Shown here: positions 26,950 through 38,300 of the stretch, one piece after another
How positions within the stretch are numbered: the stretch's first letter is position 1
How the letters are laid out: each line of letters starts with the position of its first letter
DNA from: Ptychomitrium polyphyllum
Taxonomy: Eukaryota
Assembly: GCA_973851085.1 (NCBI GenBank)
Contig: OZ316776.1
Coordinates: 7,006,001-7,070,000 of the forward strand
Length of the DNA: 64,000 nucleotides
Direction of reading: 5' to 3'
The notes under the pieces: model-generated
Databases searched by the model: none
The model's input: the letters and a program-made list of their open reading frames with translations, nothing else
What the model was told of the DNA's origin: nothing
Program-made: the position numbers and the translations under genes

Positions 26950-27731
26950 TATCATGGACATAAATCATGCAACACAGTCTTTAGAACCTTTTAGTATATC
27001 ACAATATCTTCTTAAAATACTTTCAATGCTTTCATAGCCATTCCACCTCTTTGGAAAGCTTTTTAGTAAGGTTCCATCTCTTGAAAAACTTCCTATAGAG
27101 GTATTACCTCCTTGAAAATTTCCTAAGAAGGTTCCATTGACTTCTAAATTATTCTTAAACTTTGTAGAAAGTTTCTTAAAAAGTATCTTAAAAGATACAA
27201 GCGTTATAGTATAAATAGGGTGTAAGATAAGGTATGCCTTAGTCTTGCCAATACAAGTTGTGGATCATATTGTATCTTGCCTTCCTCTAGTCTTTGTATT
27301 ATTTTTTATTAAATCATTAACTCTTTGGAGTTAATTCTTGGAAAATACTTTGTCTTTGCTTCTTATTTCTTATGTTCCTAAAAGTTTGGTAAGACTATGC
27401 TTCATCTTTATCAAAATTAAGGTGCTTTGAAGAAAATAATGAATTATCTTTCTTCTTTAAGATTCCATAGCATCTTAAAGGTTGCAGATTTCCCTCTTTT
27501 AAGATGATATTATAAATTTATTTTTTCTTTCAAATAATAAGTACTACTTCTTTTTACCAAGGATCAATTTTTTAAAAGATGCAGATTATCCTCTTTTGAA
27601 GATATTCATAGTCTTCTTGTCTCTTATAGTTTTGAAGAATGGATACTGTGTAAGAAACATCAAAGAAAAAATTTGCAGCTATTGCAAACCTTCAAGAATT
27701 ATTAAACACAATTCAAAAAAAACTTGCTTGT
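26950..27731 (+). mobile_element. Truncated RLG1-like element (LTR 26950-27383, leader and start of gag)
   Basis: Homologous to 14856-15705, including GTTTGGTAAGACTA directly after the LTR. Confidence 0.82.
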
Positions 27732-30700
27732 TATTGCAAAGTGTGAAACATATAAAGTGATCCTAGTTGAAGTTTCCTTGTATAGGACTAGAGCTTGATA
27801 GGTTGCTAATGGTCAAAGGAATGTCAAAAAAGAGGCCATAGAGAATATAGAGGCTAGGGTTAAAAAAAAACAACAAGAGTTTTGTATGGTGGCTAGGGTT
27901 AAGGCGGCCGTTAGGATAGGGCGGCGACTACAGTGGCTACAGTGGCTACGGCTTGCCGTTACAAGGCACTCATTTAGTGGAGGCAAATGCATGGCCGTTA
28001 AGTGGCACACTTTGGTGGATGACTCCAAAATATAAGTAAAGGAGTTTTAGAAGTGGGAGTCATCTTGCTCCACAATTCTCTTGTTGCAACTTTGCTCTCT
28101 CTCTTCTTGCTTATTGGACTAGCTTTATTGCATTTCTTCAATAGATTATGGGCCCACTCACACTTAGTTGTGCCTTTTGAAGTAGCTTGAAATGTTTGTA
28201 GTTGTTGTTCTTGTGTGGAGCAAGATCACTTGGTAGTTATTGAATATAAAGTTAGAATTGCCTAACTTTGAGGTTTTGCACATATAAGTGCTTGATTTGA
28301 TGTTTTTTGAACTCTTGTAGGGTTGTGGATGTTGAAAGTCCTTGGATAGTGAGTTGCTTTGAATGATAATAAGACCTTGATAGTGTCTTTGTTGAAATTC
28401 AAGCTCCCTAACACCAACTTATTGTACTTGGTGTTGTTGTCTTGTGAACTCTTTGACAAGAGTACTTATTGAATGGACATAATGAGTTGAAAGGCTTGTC
28501 TTTGGATTCATAGTTGTGAAAACTTGTGAAAAGCATAGGAGTCAAGGAAATAGTTTGTTTGAAGGTACACTTGTTACCTCTCTTCTTATGGCATGGCTTT
28601 GAGTAAAGGTGAAGGTTTGAAGGTCCTTCAAAAGTTTCATGGTGAGAACTTCTACCAATAGAAGGTTAGGATGGAGCTCTTGTTGGCTTCTTTAGACCTT
28701 TGGGACATCATAGATGAGAGTGCTCCACCATTGTTGGCGGATGCAAAAGAGAGGAAGGAGTTCCAACGTTGTGCAAAGAAGGCTTTTGGCATCCTTGCCA
28801 CCAACCTTGATGATGCCAACTTCGTCCATATCATCTCTTGCAAAGGACCAACAAAAGCGTGGAAGATGCTTTGCAATATCTATGAGAGCAAGAAGCTCTC
28901 CAACATCATCTTCACAAGGACAAAGTTCTTGAACTTGCAAGATGGAAGAAGGGCACAACCTCATGGCGCATGTGAACAGGTTGAAGGCCCTTGTAAGGCA
29001 ACTTGCCATTGTGGACAAGCCATTGGATGATTTGGGTGTTGTGATTACATTGCTCATGAGCTTGCCGGAGTCCTATAGCTATCTCATAGTGGCTTTGGAG
29101 TCCATTTCCATCAAGAACCTTAACATGGACTATGTGACGGCGAGATTGAGCCATAAGGAGACCAAGAGGAAGGAGAAGGCGACTTCAAGTGAGGACTCCG
29201 CCCTCTTCTCAAGGCAAGGCAAGGCCACCTACTTTAATCAATGTCCAAATCTTAGAACATGCTTTGTGTGTGGAAAACCAGGTCAATTTGCTCGAAATTG
29301 CTACAAGGCCAAGAGAAGAGAGAGGGAGGATGCCAACCATGTGATGGACCACCTTGGAGGTGGTGATTGTGCCTTCATGGCAAGCAAAGGAGCACCTATG
29401 GCGGCCCTATCCAAGTGGATAGTTGATTCGGGCGCCACAAAGCACATGACTCCATACAAGTGCTCAATCCATACTTATGAGGCAATTCCAGCCACTAGTG
29501 TGCTCATGGATGACAATGGCGTGGTGGAGGCCATTGGAATGGATTCCATTGTGGTGGAGGTTGTTGTAGGAGGCAAGACCAAGAGGATCACCTTTAAGGA
29601 CATGCTCCATGTACCAAAGATAAAGTCCAACCTCCTCTTGGTGAGCAAACTTGTAATGAGAGGATTTGTGGCTCATTTCAATATGAATGGATGTGTTGTG
29701 AAGTCATTGGATGGAGATGTTGTTGCCACGGGATTGAGGGATGGCAAATTGTACTTCATCAAGTGTAAGAAGGTGAATGGAATGGAGGTAGCTTTCACGG
29801 ACATAAATCATGCAACATAGTCCTTAGAACATTCTAGAACCTTCTAGTATATTAGAATAGTTTCTTAGAATACTTTTAGATGTCTCCATAGTCTTTTTTA
29901 TGTTTTTGGGAAGCTTCCCAGGAAAGTTCCTCCACCTTAGGAAACTTCCTAGGAAGGTTCTATCATCTTAGGAAACTTCCTAGGAAGGTTCCATCACCTT
30001 AGGAAACTTCCTAGGAAGGTTCTACCTCTTCAGGAAACTTCCTAAGAAGGTTTCGCTACCTTAGGAAATCTCCAAGGAAGGTTCCAACTCCTTGGAAGCT
30101 TCCAAAGAAGGTTCCAATTCCTTGGAAGCTACTTAGGAAGGTTCCAACATCTTAGGAAACTTCTTGGGAAGGTTCCTTAGACTTCCAGAACATTCTTAAG
30201 CCTTGTAGGAAGCTTCTTTAGAAGTATCCTAGGAGATACAAACGTCCTAGTATAAATAGGAGGCAAGACAAGGTATTCCTTAGTCTTGCCAACACAAGTT
30301 GTGGATTATCTTGAATCCCACCATGTTCTAGTCTTTGTATCAACTTCTTGTTAATCATTAGCTCTTTGGAAGCTAATTCTTGGGAAACACTTCGTTTCTG
30401 CTTCTTGTTTCTTGTGTCCCTAACAGTAGCGGCCTTTGTTGAATCCACTCAAGATGAAGACAAGTTTGGTATATGGCATGGCCGCCTTGGGCACCTGAAT
30501 GTGAAGGCCATGAAGGAGCTCCAAGGCATGGTAAGTGGCTTGGATTTGGATACAATATGCCACAATGCCAAGGAACTCGCTTGTGAGGGTTGCATCCAAG
30601 GCAAGCAATAAAGGGCGTCGTTTCCAAGTGGAGTGGAAACTTGTGCAAGCACATTGTTGGAGATTGTGCATTCCAACTTGTGTAGGCCTATGAAGACTCC

Positions 30701-33695
30701 ATCCATGGGAGGCGCAAGGTACTTTCTCACCATCATTGATGATTTTTTTAGGAAAGTGTAGGTATTCATCCTCAAGGCCAAGAGCGAGTGCTTTGCGAGG
30801 TTCAAGGAGTTTGAGGCTCTTGTGAAGAAGCAATGTGAGTCCAAGATCAAGGTGTTGCGTTCACATAATGGTGGTGAATTTTTATCCAAGCATTTTGATG
30901 ACTTTTTGAGGAGTGAAGGCATTGCTAGGCAAACCTCCAATCCATATACTCCACAACAAAATGGAATTGTAGAGAGGGCATACTGCACCATTGTGGAGAT
31001 GGCGAGGAGCATGCTTCATACTCAACATCTTGGGCATGAGTTGTGGGCGGAAGTGGTGGTGAATGCGGTATACACAAGAAATAGGTGCTCCACAATTGCC
31101 CTTGCATCCATGACCCCTGAAGAAGCTTGGAGTGGTAAGAAGCCTTGTGTTTCACACATGAGGACCTTTGAATGCCTTGCATATGCAAAGAACCTAGATT
31201 GCATGAAGTTCAAGCTTGATACAAAGAGTACAAAGTGTGTATTCTTTGGTTATTGTGAGGGCAGCAAAGCATATAGGCTGATGTGTGTAGAGAGCAAGAA
31301 AATCATCAAGAGTTGTGATGTTGAGTTCTTAGAGCACAAGAGTGCTTGTAAGCACTTGGGGATGTTTTTAAATGGGAATAATGGTGTCATTGTGGACACA
31401 TCCTCCACTTTAATAAAGGAAGAAGGTGGAGATGTGGATGGAGGTGAAGGAACAATGGAAGGGGAAAACAAGGCGACTTCTAGCTTCAAAACTAGCAAAG
31501 GAGCCTCACAAGATGATGGTGAGCATCTTCATCCAAGTGAAAAAAATCAACTTCCAGGTGAAGGAGAAGTGGATGTATTACAAGAAGAGAGGCCTGCAAT
31601 GAATGGTAGGAGGTACACCATGAAGGAGAAGAGAGCACCTGGTGAATGGTGGAAGAACCACTTCTTTCCCCAAGTGAGTGCAGAACATGCCAATGTTGCC
31701 TTCCTTGTTGATCCTTTAACTATGTACGATGCCTTCAAATCCACGGATGTTATAAAGTGGGAGAAGGCCATAGAAGAGGAGTACAAGTCGCTCATAATGG
31801 CACATGGCACTTAACTCAACTTCTTCCAAATCGTTCTTTTATAGGTTGCAAGTAGGTGTTTAGAACCAAGAGGGATGCTTTGGGTGCAATTGTGAGGCAC
31901 AAGGCAAGAGTAGTTGCCAAAGGATATTCACAAGTTGCTGGTGTGGACTTCAATTAGACATTTGCACATGTGGCCAAGTTCACTACCATTAGGACCATCT
32001 TGGCCATAGTGGCGACAATGGACTTGGAAGTCCACCAGATGGATGTGGAGCTGGCCTTTTTAAATGGAGACTTGGAAGAAGACATCTACATGAAGCAACC
32101 TCCAAGATTTATACATGAAGGCTTGAAGCACCTTGTTTGCAGGTTGAAGAAGGCCTTATACGGACTAAAGCAATCACCAAGGGTATGGTACCAACGCATT
32201 GATGTATTCTTTAGGAAAGAAGGGTTTGTGAGAAGCGAGGCGGATCGTTACTTGTATGTGATGCAAACCATGGAGTTCTTGTTGATTGTAATTTTATATG
32301 TGGATGACTTGATCATGTTTGCCAACCTTTCAGAGAAGCTAGAATAGTTGAAGGCCAAATTAGAGCAGGAGTTTGAGATGAGTGATTTGGGCGAGTTGCA
32401 CTATTGTCTTGGAGTGGAGTTTATGAGGGATCATGCAAAGAGGACCATCACTATGAGCCAGAGGAAGTACATTGAGGAGGTGTTGAAGTGATTCAACATG
32501 GAAGACTGTAAGCCAGTGGGAATGCCTTTAGAGGCTAACTTGAGGTTGATGAAGCTAAGTGATGAGGAATATGCTCAAGTAGAGGGTGAAATGCAAGGCA
32601 TTCCATACAAGGCAGGAATAAGGTGCCTCATGTATGCTATCGTGGGTACAAGGTTTGATCTTACATTTTCGGTGAGTGTTGTGAGCCAACACATGTTCAG
32701 GGCCGGCCCCATGCACTGGGGCAACCATGAAGAGGATCATGAGGTATTTGAAGAGCACCTTTGACTTTGTGTTGTGTTTGGAAGGTGATAATATTGAGTT
32801 GGAGGGATTTTGTGATGCGGATTGGGCTGGAGATGCAAATAATTGGCGCTCCACAACAAGATATGTGTTCTTTGTTAGAGTGGGAGCCATCTCTTGGAAT
32901 TGTAAGAGGCAACCCACAATTGCAAGGTCAACCATGGAGGCGGAGTATATGGTGGCAAGTCAAGGTGCAATAGAAGCAATGTGGCTGAGGCAACTCTTGG
33001 AAGACATTGGACTTGTACAAGTAGATGCAACGCCCATCATGTATGACAATCAAGGATATTTTGCCTTTGCTAAGAATCCCAAGCATCACTCACGAACAAA
33101 GGTCATTGACATCCAACATCACTTCATAAGAGAGAAGATTGAAGATGGAGTGATAGATATGAGGTATTGTGCAACAGAGGGCATGCTTGCTAATTTGTTG
33201 ACAAAAGCATTGGTAAAAGATAGACACCACTTATTAACAAGGTCAATTGGATTAAAGGTCCTTTGACCAATAGCAAAGTGGGAGTGTTGTAAAGTGTAAA
33301 TCATATAAAGTGATCCTAGTTGAAATTTCCTTGTATAGGACTAGAGCTTGATAGGTTGCTAATGGTCAAAAAATGTCAAAAAAGAGGCCATAGAGGATAT
33401 GGAGGCTAGGGTTAAAAAAAAGCAACAAAGATTTTGTATGGCGGCTAGGGTTAGGGCGGCAGTTAGGGTAGGGCGGCGACTACAGCAGCTACGGCGACTA
33501 CGGCTTGCCGTTACAAGGCACTCATTTAGTGGAGGCAAATGCATGGCCGCTAAGTGGCACACTTTGGTGGATGACTCCAAAGTATAAGTAAAGGGGTTTT
33601 AGAAGTGGGAGTCATCTTGCTCCACAATTCTCTTGTTGCAACTTTGCTCTCTCACTTCTTGCTTGTTGTACTAGCTTTATTGTAGTTCTTCAATA
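27732..33695 (+). mobile_element. Ty1/Copia retrotransposon with a half-tRNA-Met PBS (Bryco/Osser-type), decayed
   Basis: LTRs 27732-28143 and 33285-33695; PBS GATTATGGGCCCA; PPT AAAGTGGGAG. Gag zinc knuckle CFVCGKPGQFARNC, protease WIVDSGATKHM, WHGRLGH, integrase PQQNGIVER, RT ALYGLKQ/YVDDL, RNaseH CDADWAG..STMEAEY. Stops and frameshifts present. Confidence 0.95.
29793..30425 (+). mobile_element. RLG1-like solo LTR inserted in the Copia polyprotein
   Basis: Perfect GTAGC TSD (29788-29792 / 30426-30430); excision restores MEVAAFVESTQDEDKFGIWHGRLGH in frame; TATAAATA at 30251; about 30-bp U3 sub-repeats. Confidence 0.95.
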
Positions 33696-33699
33696 TTAA

Positions 33700-35380
33700 A
33701 AACCACTTAGGCTGTAAATCATAGATTTTGAGGGTTGCACTTAGAAAGTCTATTACTTATGTCATTAAAATCTTAACAGCATAAGACCTTTGAACTTGAA
33801 GATATGGAAGAATGCGTAATTTGGATTTAAAAGAAAGAAGAAGTAGAATTATTGATAAAGATTTAGGATATTTTTAAGATGGAAAAAAGAAAAGTTGGAA
33901 AGTAAAATTCTAAGATGTAGAATTAACTAATAAGTAGTTGGAAGTTGTTGTTTGTAGTATAAAATAAAAGTTATAAAAAACAACTTGTACTTGATCAATT
34001 AGATGCAAAAAACCTAGCGTTTCTTATAACAACCATTCTTACAATGAAACTGCTCTATACAACAAATTTGACAAGAATCAACTTTAGATCATTTTAGCAG
34101 CTAGAACTTATTTAATTAACCAAATTCATGACTAAGTGTTTGATGTTGCCTCAACAATGACACTATTTTTAGCTTATTTTTCATTGAATTCCAAATTTTT
34201 CCTATTTTCTTACATTTATTTTATTTTTTATTTCCTATTTTTAATTTGTAAGGATTGATTTGTATTCTTTTGTAGTTTGGACTTAGAAGTTTCAATCAAA
34301 GAAAAAAAAAAAAAAATTATGGATAGTATTTATATAAAGATATAGTTAAATATGGACTTGATAAAGGAGAATAACAAATGATGTGGAGAGATAAAGTTTA
34401 TGTGAAATAATTAGGGGCAGATGTGGTAATTTTTCCATTACTCTCTTCTTCTCGCTTAGCTTCTATCACTTGAATAAAAAAACAACCTTTCTTTTTATTA
34501 GATCTCATTGTATACTTCTAAGTTTGAATTGATTTTTGTTGGAATTTTTTTTCTTCTCTTGTATGCTTTTTAGAAAGCCATTATACGTTCTATTGGAGTC
34601 AGTAAGTGGCCGTGGCAATAGTTTAAATAAATTTGAGTCAATTGCCTTGAGTTTCTAAAAGCAACTACTTTAAATGCTTGTACCTTTTTATAAAAATGGT
34701 TTTTGATGATGGAGTTTGTATTATAAAATTTTGACTACTTTAAAATTTTGGTGTAGAAATTTTGAGAGTGATAGATTCTTATAGTAGAAAATATAAGGAA
34801 AAATGCAATTGAGATTTGAGGATAGTACACAGTAGAGTTTGGATTTGCATGTTTTGAACCATTAGAGATGATTGGAAGGGCTTATAAAGTTGATATTTTA
34901 GTGAAATGTTTATTGTAAGATAAATAGTATGTGAATAAAGTTCAAAATCTAGATTTGCTGTAAAAGAGGAGTTATAAAGCAATGACGTTAAGAGCCATAG
35001 CAAAAAAAGTGAAACTTTTGAAGACATGGTTCTTAATAATTACTTGGACTACAATAAAGAGATTTTGAGAGATGCGCTTAAAGAGTCTTGTGCTAATATT
35101 ATTGAAATCTTAATAACATAGGACCTTTAAATTTGAAGATATGGGAGAATTTGTAATTCAAATTTAAAAGAAAGAAGAAGAATTATTCATAAAGATTTGA
35201 GTTATATTTAAAATGGGAAAAAAGAAGAGTTGAGAAGTAGAAATCAAAGATGAAAAAATAGCTAATAAGAAATTAGAAGTTGTAGTTTTTACTTTAAAAT
35301 AAAAGTAATAAAAACCTTGTACTTAATTAATCAAATGTAAAAAAATCCAACGTTTTTTATAGCAACTACTCTCACCTCGG
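33700..35380. repeat. Old diverged family-D-like LTR sequence with an internal direct duplication
   Basis: About 34050-35040 aligns loosely with 22720-23720; about 33760-34040 resembles 35090-35375; an inverted fragment lies at about 36500-36620. Confidence 0.65.
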
Positions 35381-35399
35381 CACCATCTTTGTCATGTTT

Positions 35400-38300
35400 T
35401 TGAGAGCAATAAAAAATTTAAGTCATCCGCTTCTAAATAGTAGGATTTTGGTGGATTTTGGTGGATAAAGGTTAAAGCAAATTTGAATGATTTTTTAAAA
35501 CTTTAAAATGCTTCTTCTATTTCTTTAAACTGATTGAATTTTGCTTCTCTATAAGTCACGTCAATGGTGCAACAATCTTGGAATAATCCATAATAGAGCT
35601 ATTATAAAAAATTTCACATTTTAAAAATCATTGAATATTTTTAGTTGATCTTGGTATTTTCCATTTTAAAACAATCCTTATTTTTTTTCTCATCCATGTG
35701 GATTCTTCTTTTAGAGAAGATGTAGTCTAAAAATTCAACCAATGATTTGTAAAAAAGACTCGTCTCTAATTTGTAGAAAAGACTCGTCTCTAATTTGGCA
35801 TATAATCCTTGTTAGTGTAAATTTTTTAAAAGAAATTGCATGTAACATTTGTGGTTTTATTTTTCCTTTAAATATATCAATATATCATGCAAATAGACAA
35901 TTATAAAATTATCCAAATGCTCATGGATGATATCATTCATCATATATTAGAAGATTGCAAGGGCATTAGTGAGGCTAAAAAATATAATATTGTATTTAAA
36001 ATGGCTACATCTATATCATAAGACTATCTTCTATTCATCTTTTTTTTTTTTATATATACAAGATTGTAGGTTCTTCTAAGATCAATCTAGGTCAATAATT
36101 CTGCTTTGCCAAGTTATTATAAGAACCCTGCATTTCATAGGAATGAATAGCAATTCTTCTTGGTCATCTTATTGAAGCCTCAATAGTCCATGCATATATA
36201 ATGATCCATCTTTCTTCTTTGATGAGTGACAATTCTTGCTTGACTGATGAATTTGTCCAACATATCAACCTTTGGTATTATGAATAGTAATTCCTTTGCA
36301 TTCTCTCTCAAGCCCCATCAAAATTTTGTGATTAAGGCCTTATCCTTCCAATTAAGATTGCAAGCTAATTGTCAAAACTTTGTAATATATGTAGAAGCCA
36401 AGCGCTGTCTTTGTTGTAAACTTTGGATCCTTATTTTAGCCACCTTCTTTAGGTCGGGGACTCCAAATAAAGATGTTAACGCATTGTCGTAAAAATAGTT
36501 GCTATAGGAAACATTGGATTTTTTTGCGTCTAGTTAATTAAGTATAATTTTTTTATTTTATAATAAAAACTACAACTTCCAGTTACTTATTAGCTATTTT
36601 TTCATCTTTGATTTCTACTTAAATTAAGTTTTAAATTCTAAATTGTACAATTGAATACATCACAACAATAAAAGACTCCATTTAATTGTGTTTGGTTTAA
36701 AGAAGTTTTCAGCGGCCTGGATAAATCATGATATAAATAACCATGGTCTACTGAGAAGAATGGAATATATGGATTGGATATTCATACAAGTGATGATGGT
36801 AAGATTGACAATATGTTACTTGATGTTAATTTTTATATTTTGCAATATATTAGTAGATAAGACAAGTGAATCGTCTGCTATACAAAGTTTATAAGGAATT
36901 GGAGATAGAGTTAAAAGACCCAAACGGAGGCATTTTCTTTTGGTAATAACATTGACGTTTAAACTACCATTGATTAGAATATCAGTGACCATCTGTTTCT
37001 CCACCATAAGTGATATGAATAGCATATGGCGGTCTACCGCTGTAATTGTGCTAATTAGTACCAAAAGGAATGATTCCGATAGGATTATCAAATACAAATA
37101 TTATTGGAAATAGGCAATTAGTCTTAAAAATAATTGAATAAGTTGTTGTAATGAAATGGAAATATTGTGTATTTGAAGTTGTGTACATACATGTTGTACG
37201 GCAATGAGGGTTGAAACGGGAAGTTGTGGAGGTTTGGTTGTTGGTACAGAATGACTTTGAAGCTCTTGGATAAAACAGATGATGTAATTGCAAACATCCT
37301 CCGTAATTTGTTAGTCAATGTTTGTTGATGGTATTGGTAGTAGGATATTGATAGCTACTGCTTGATTTGAAGTTATTAGCCAAACATGACAAAATTTAAT
37401 GGTATTAACATCTAAAGGTAACTGGTTTTTGATAAGTTTTTATTTCTTCCTATGTATGAAGCGTTTCACTTCATCATCTTGGTGTAGAGGACATCTATGG
37501 CTAGGGTGATCCATAAATCCACATACATAATACAAAAAGCGTTGGATCCATTGCATTGTTTGACAAGTATTAGTAGTGGCAAGAATTGGTAGTAACTTGA
37601 CTTGATGAATGCCTGGAGGTTGTTGGCGTTGTTTAGCATAAGTAATTTTAGGATTCTTGTAACAAAAGTTCCAGATGTAATTCAAGCGGTTGCAACTAGT
37701 ATATGGTTGAAGAAAATGATAGAATCGGTTGGAAGGACTAGGGAGGTATGAAGAAGGTTTCAAAAGTCTCTCTTTGGCAAGTTGAGCAGACCAGATGACA
37801 TCAGTAAAGGTGTTCCTTACAATGCATATTGTTGCAACTTGAATGTATCTCCAAAATCTTGTCCAGAAGGTGCTTAATATGAATGTTTCATCAAGTGGAT
37901 TGGTTAAGTTTTTGGCGAGTTTAACATACATTCAACAAAATTTTCTACCAAATTGGAGGATTTTTGGCACATAATATGGAAGTGAATACAAGTTTGGTCA
38001 TTTGTTTTAATTAACCAATAACATTTTTTGTATGCAAGGAGGACGTTGTCGTAGTGAAAGTGGTAGCTATAAGAAACACAGGGTCTTTTCTAGCATCTAA
38101 TTGATCAAGGTCAAGATGCATGAAGAGTTTCTATTTCTAACATCCAATGAAGCAAATACCCTACCCCAAATTTTCCCTCTACGCTGCCTTGAAAATTCCT
38201 AATACTAAATATGTCATAACTTCTAGCAAACTAATCCAAAGTATCTAAAAAATTAAGAAAACCTTTCTAAAATATTTAATAGACTATATATAAATTTTGG

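Noticed and set aside
30373..31810. Long antisense ORFs (up to 187 aa) over the Copia integrase
   Set aside because: These are shadow frames of the + strand polyprotein with no independent motifs.
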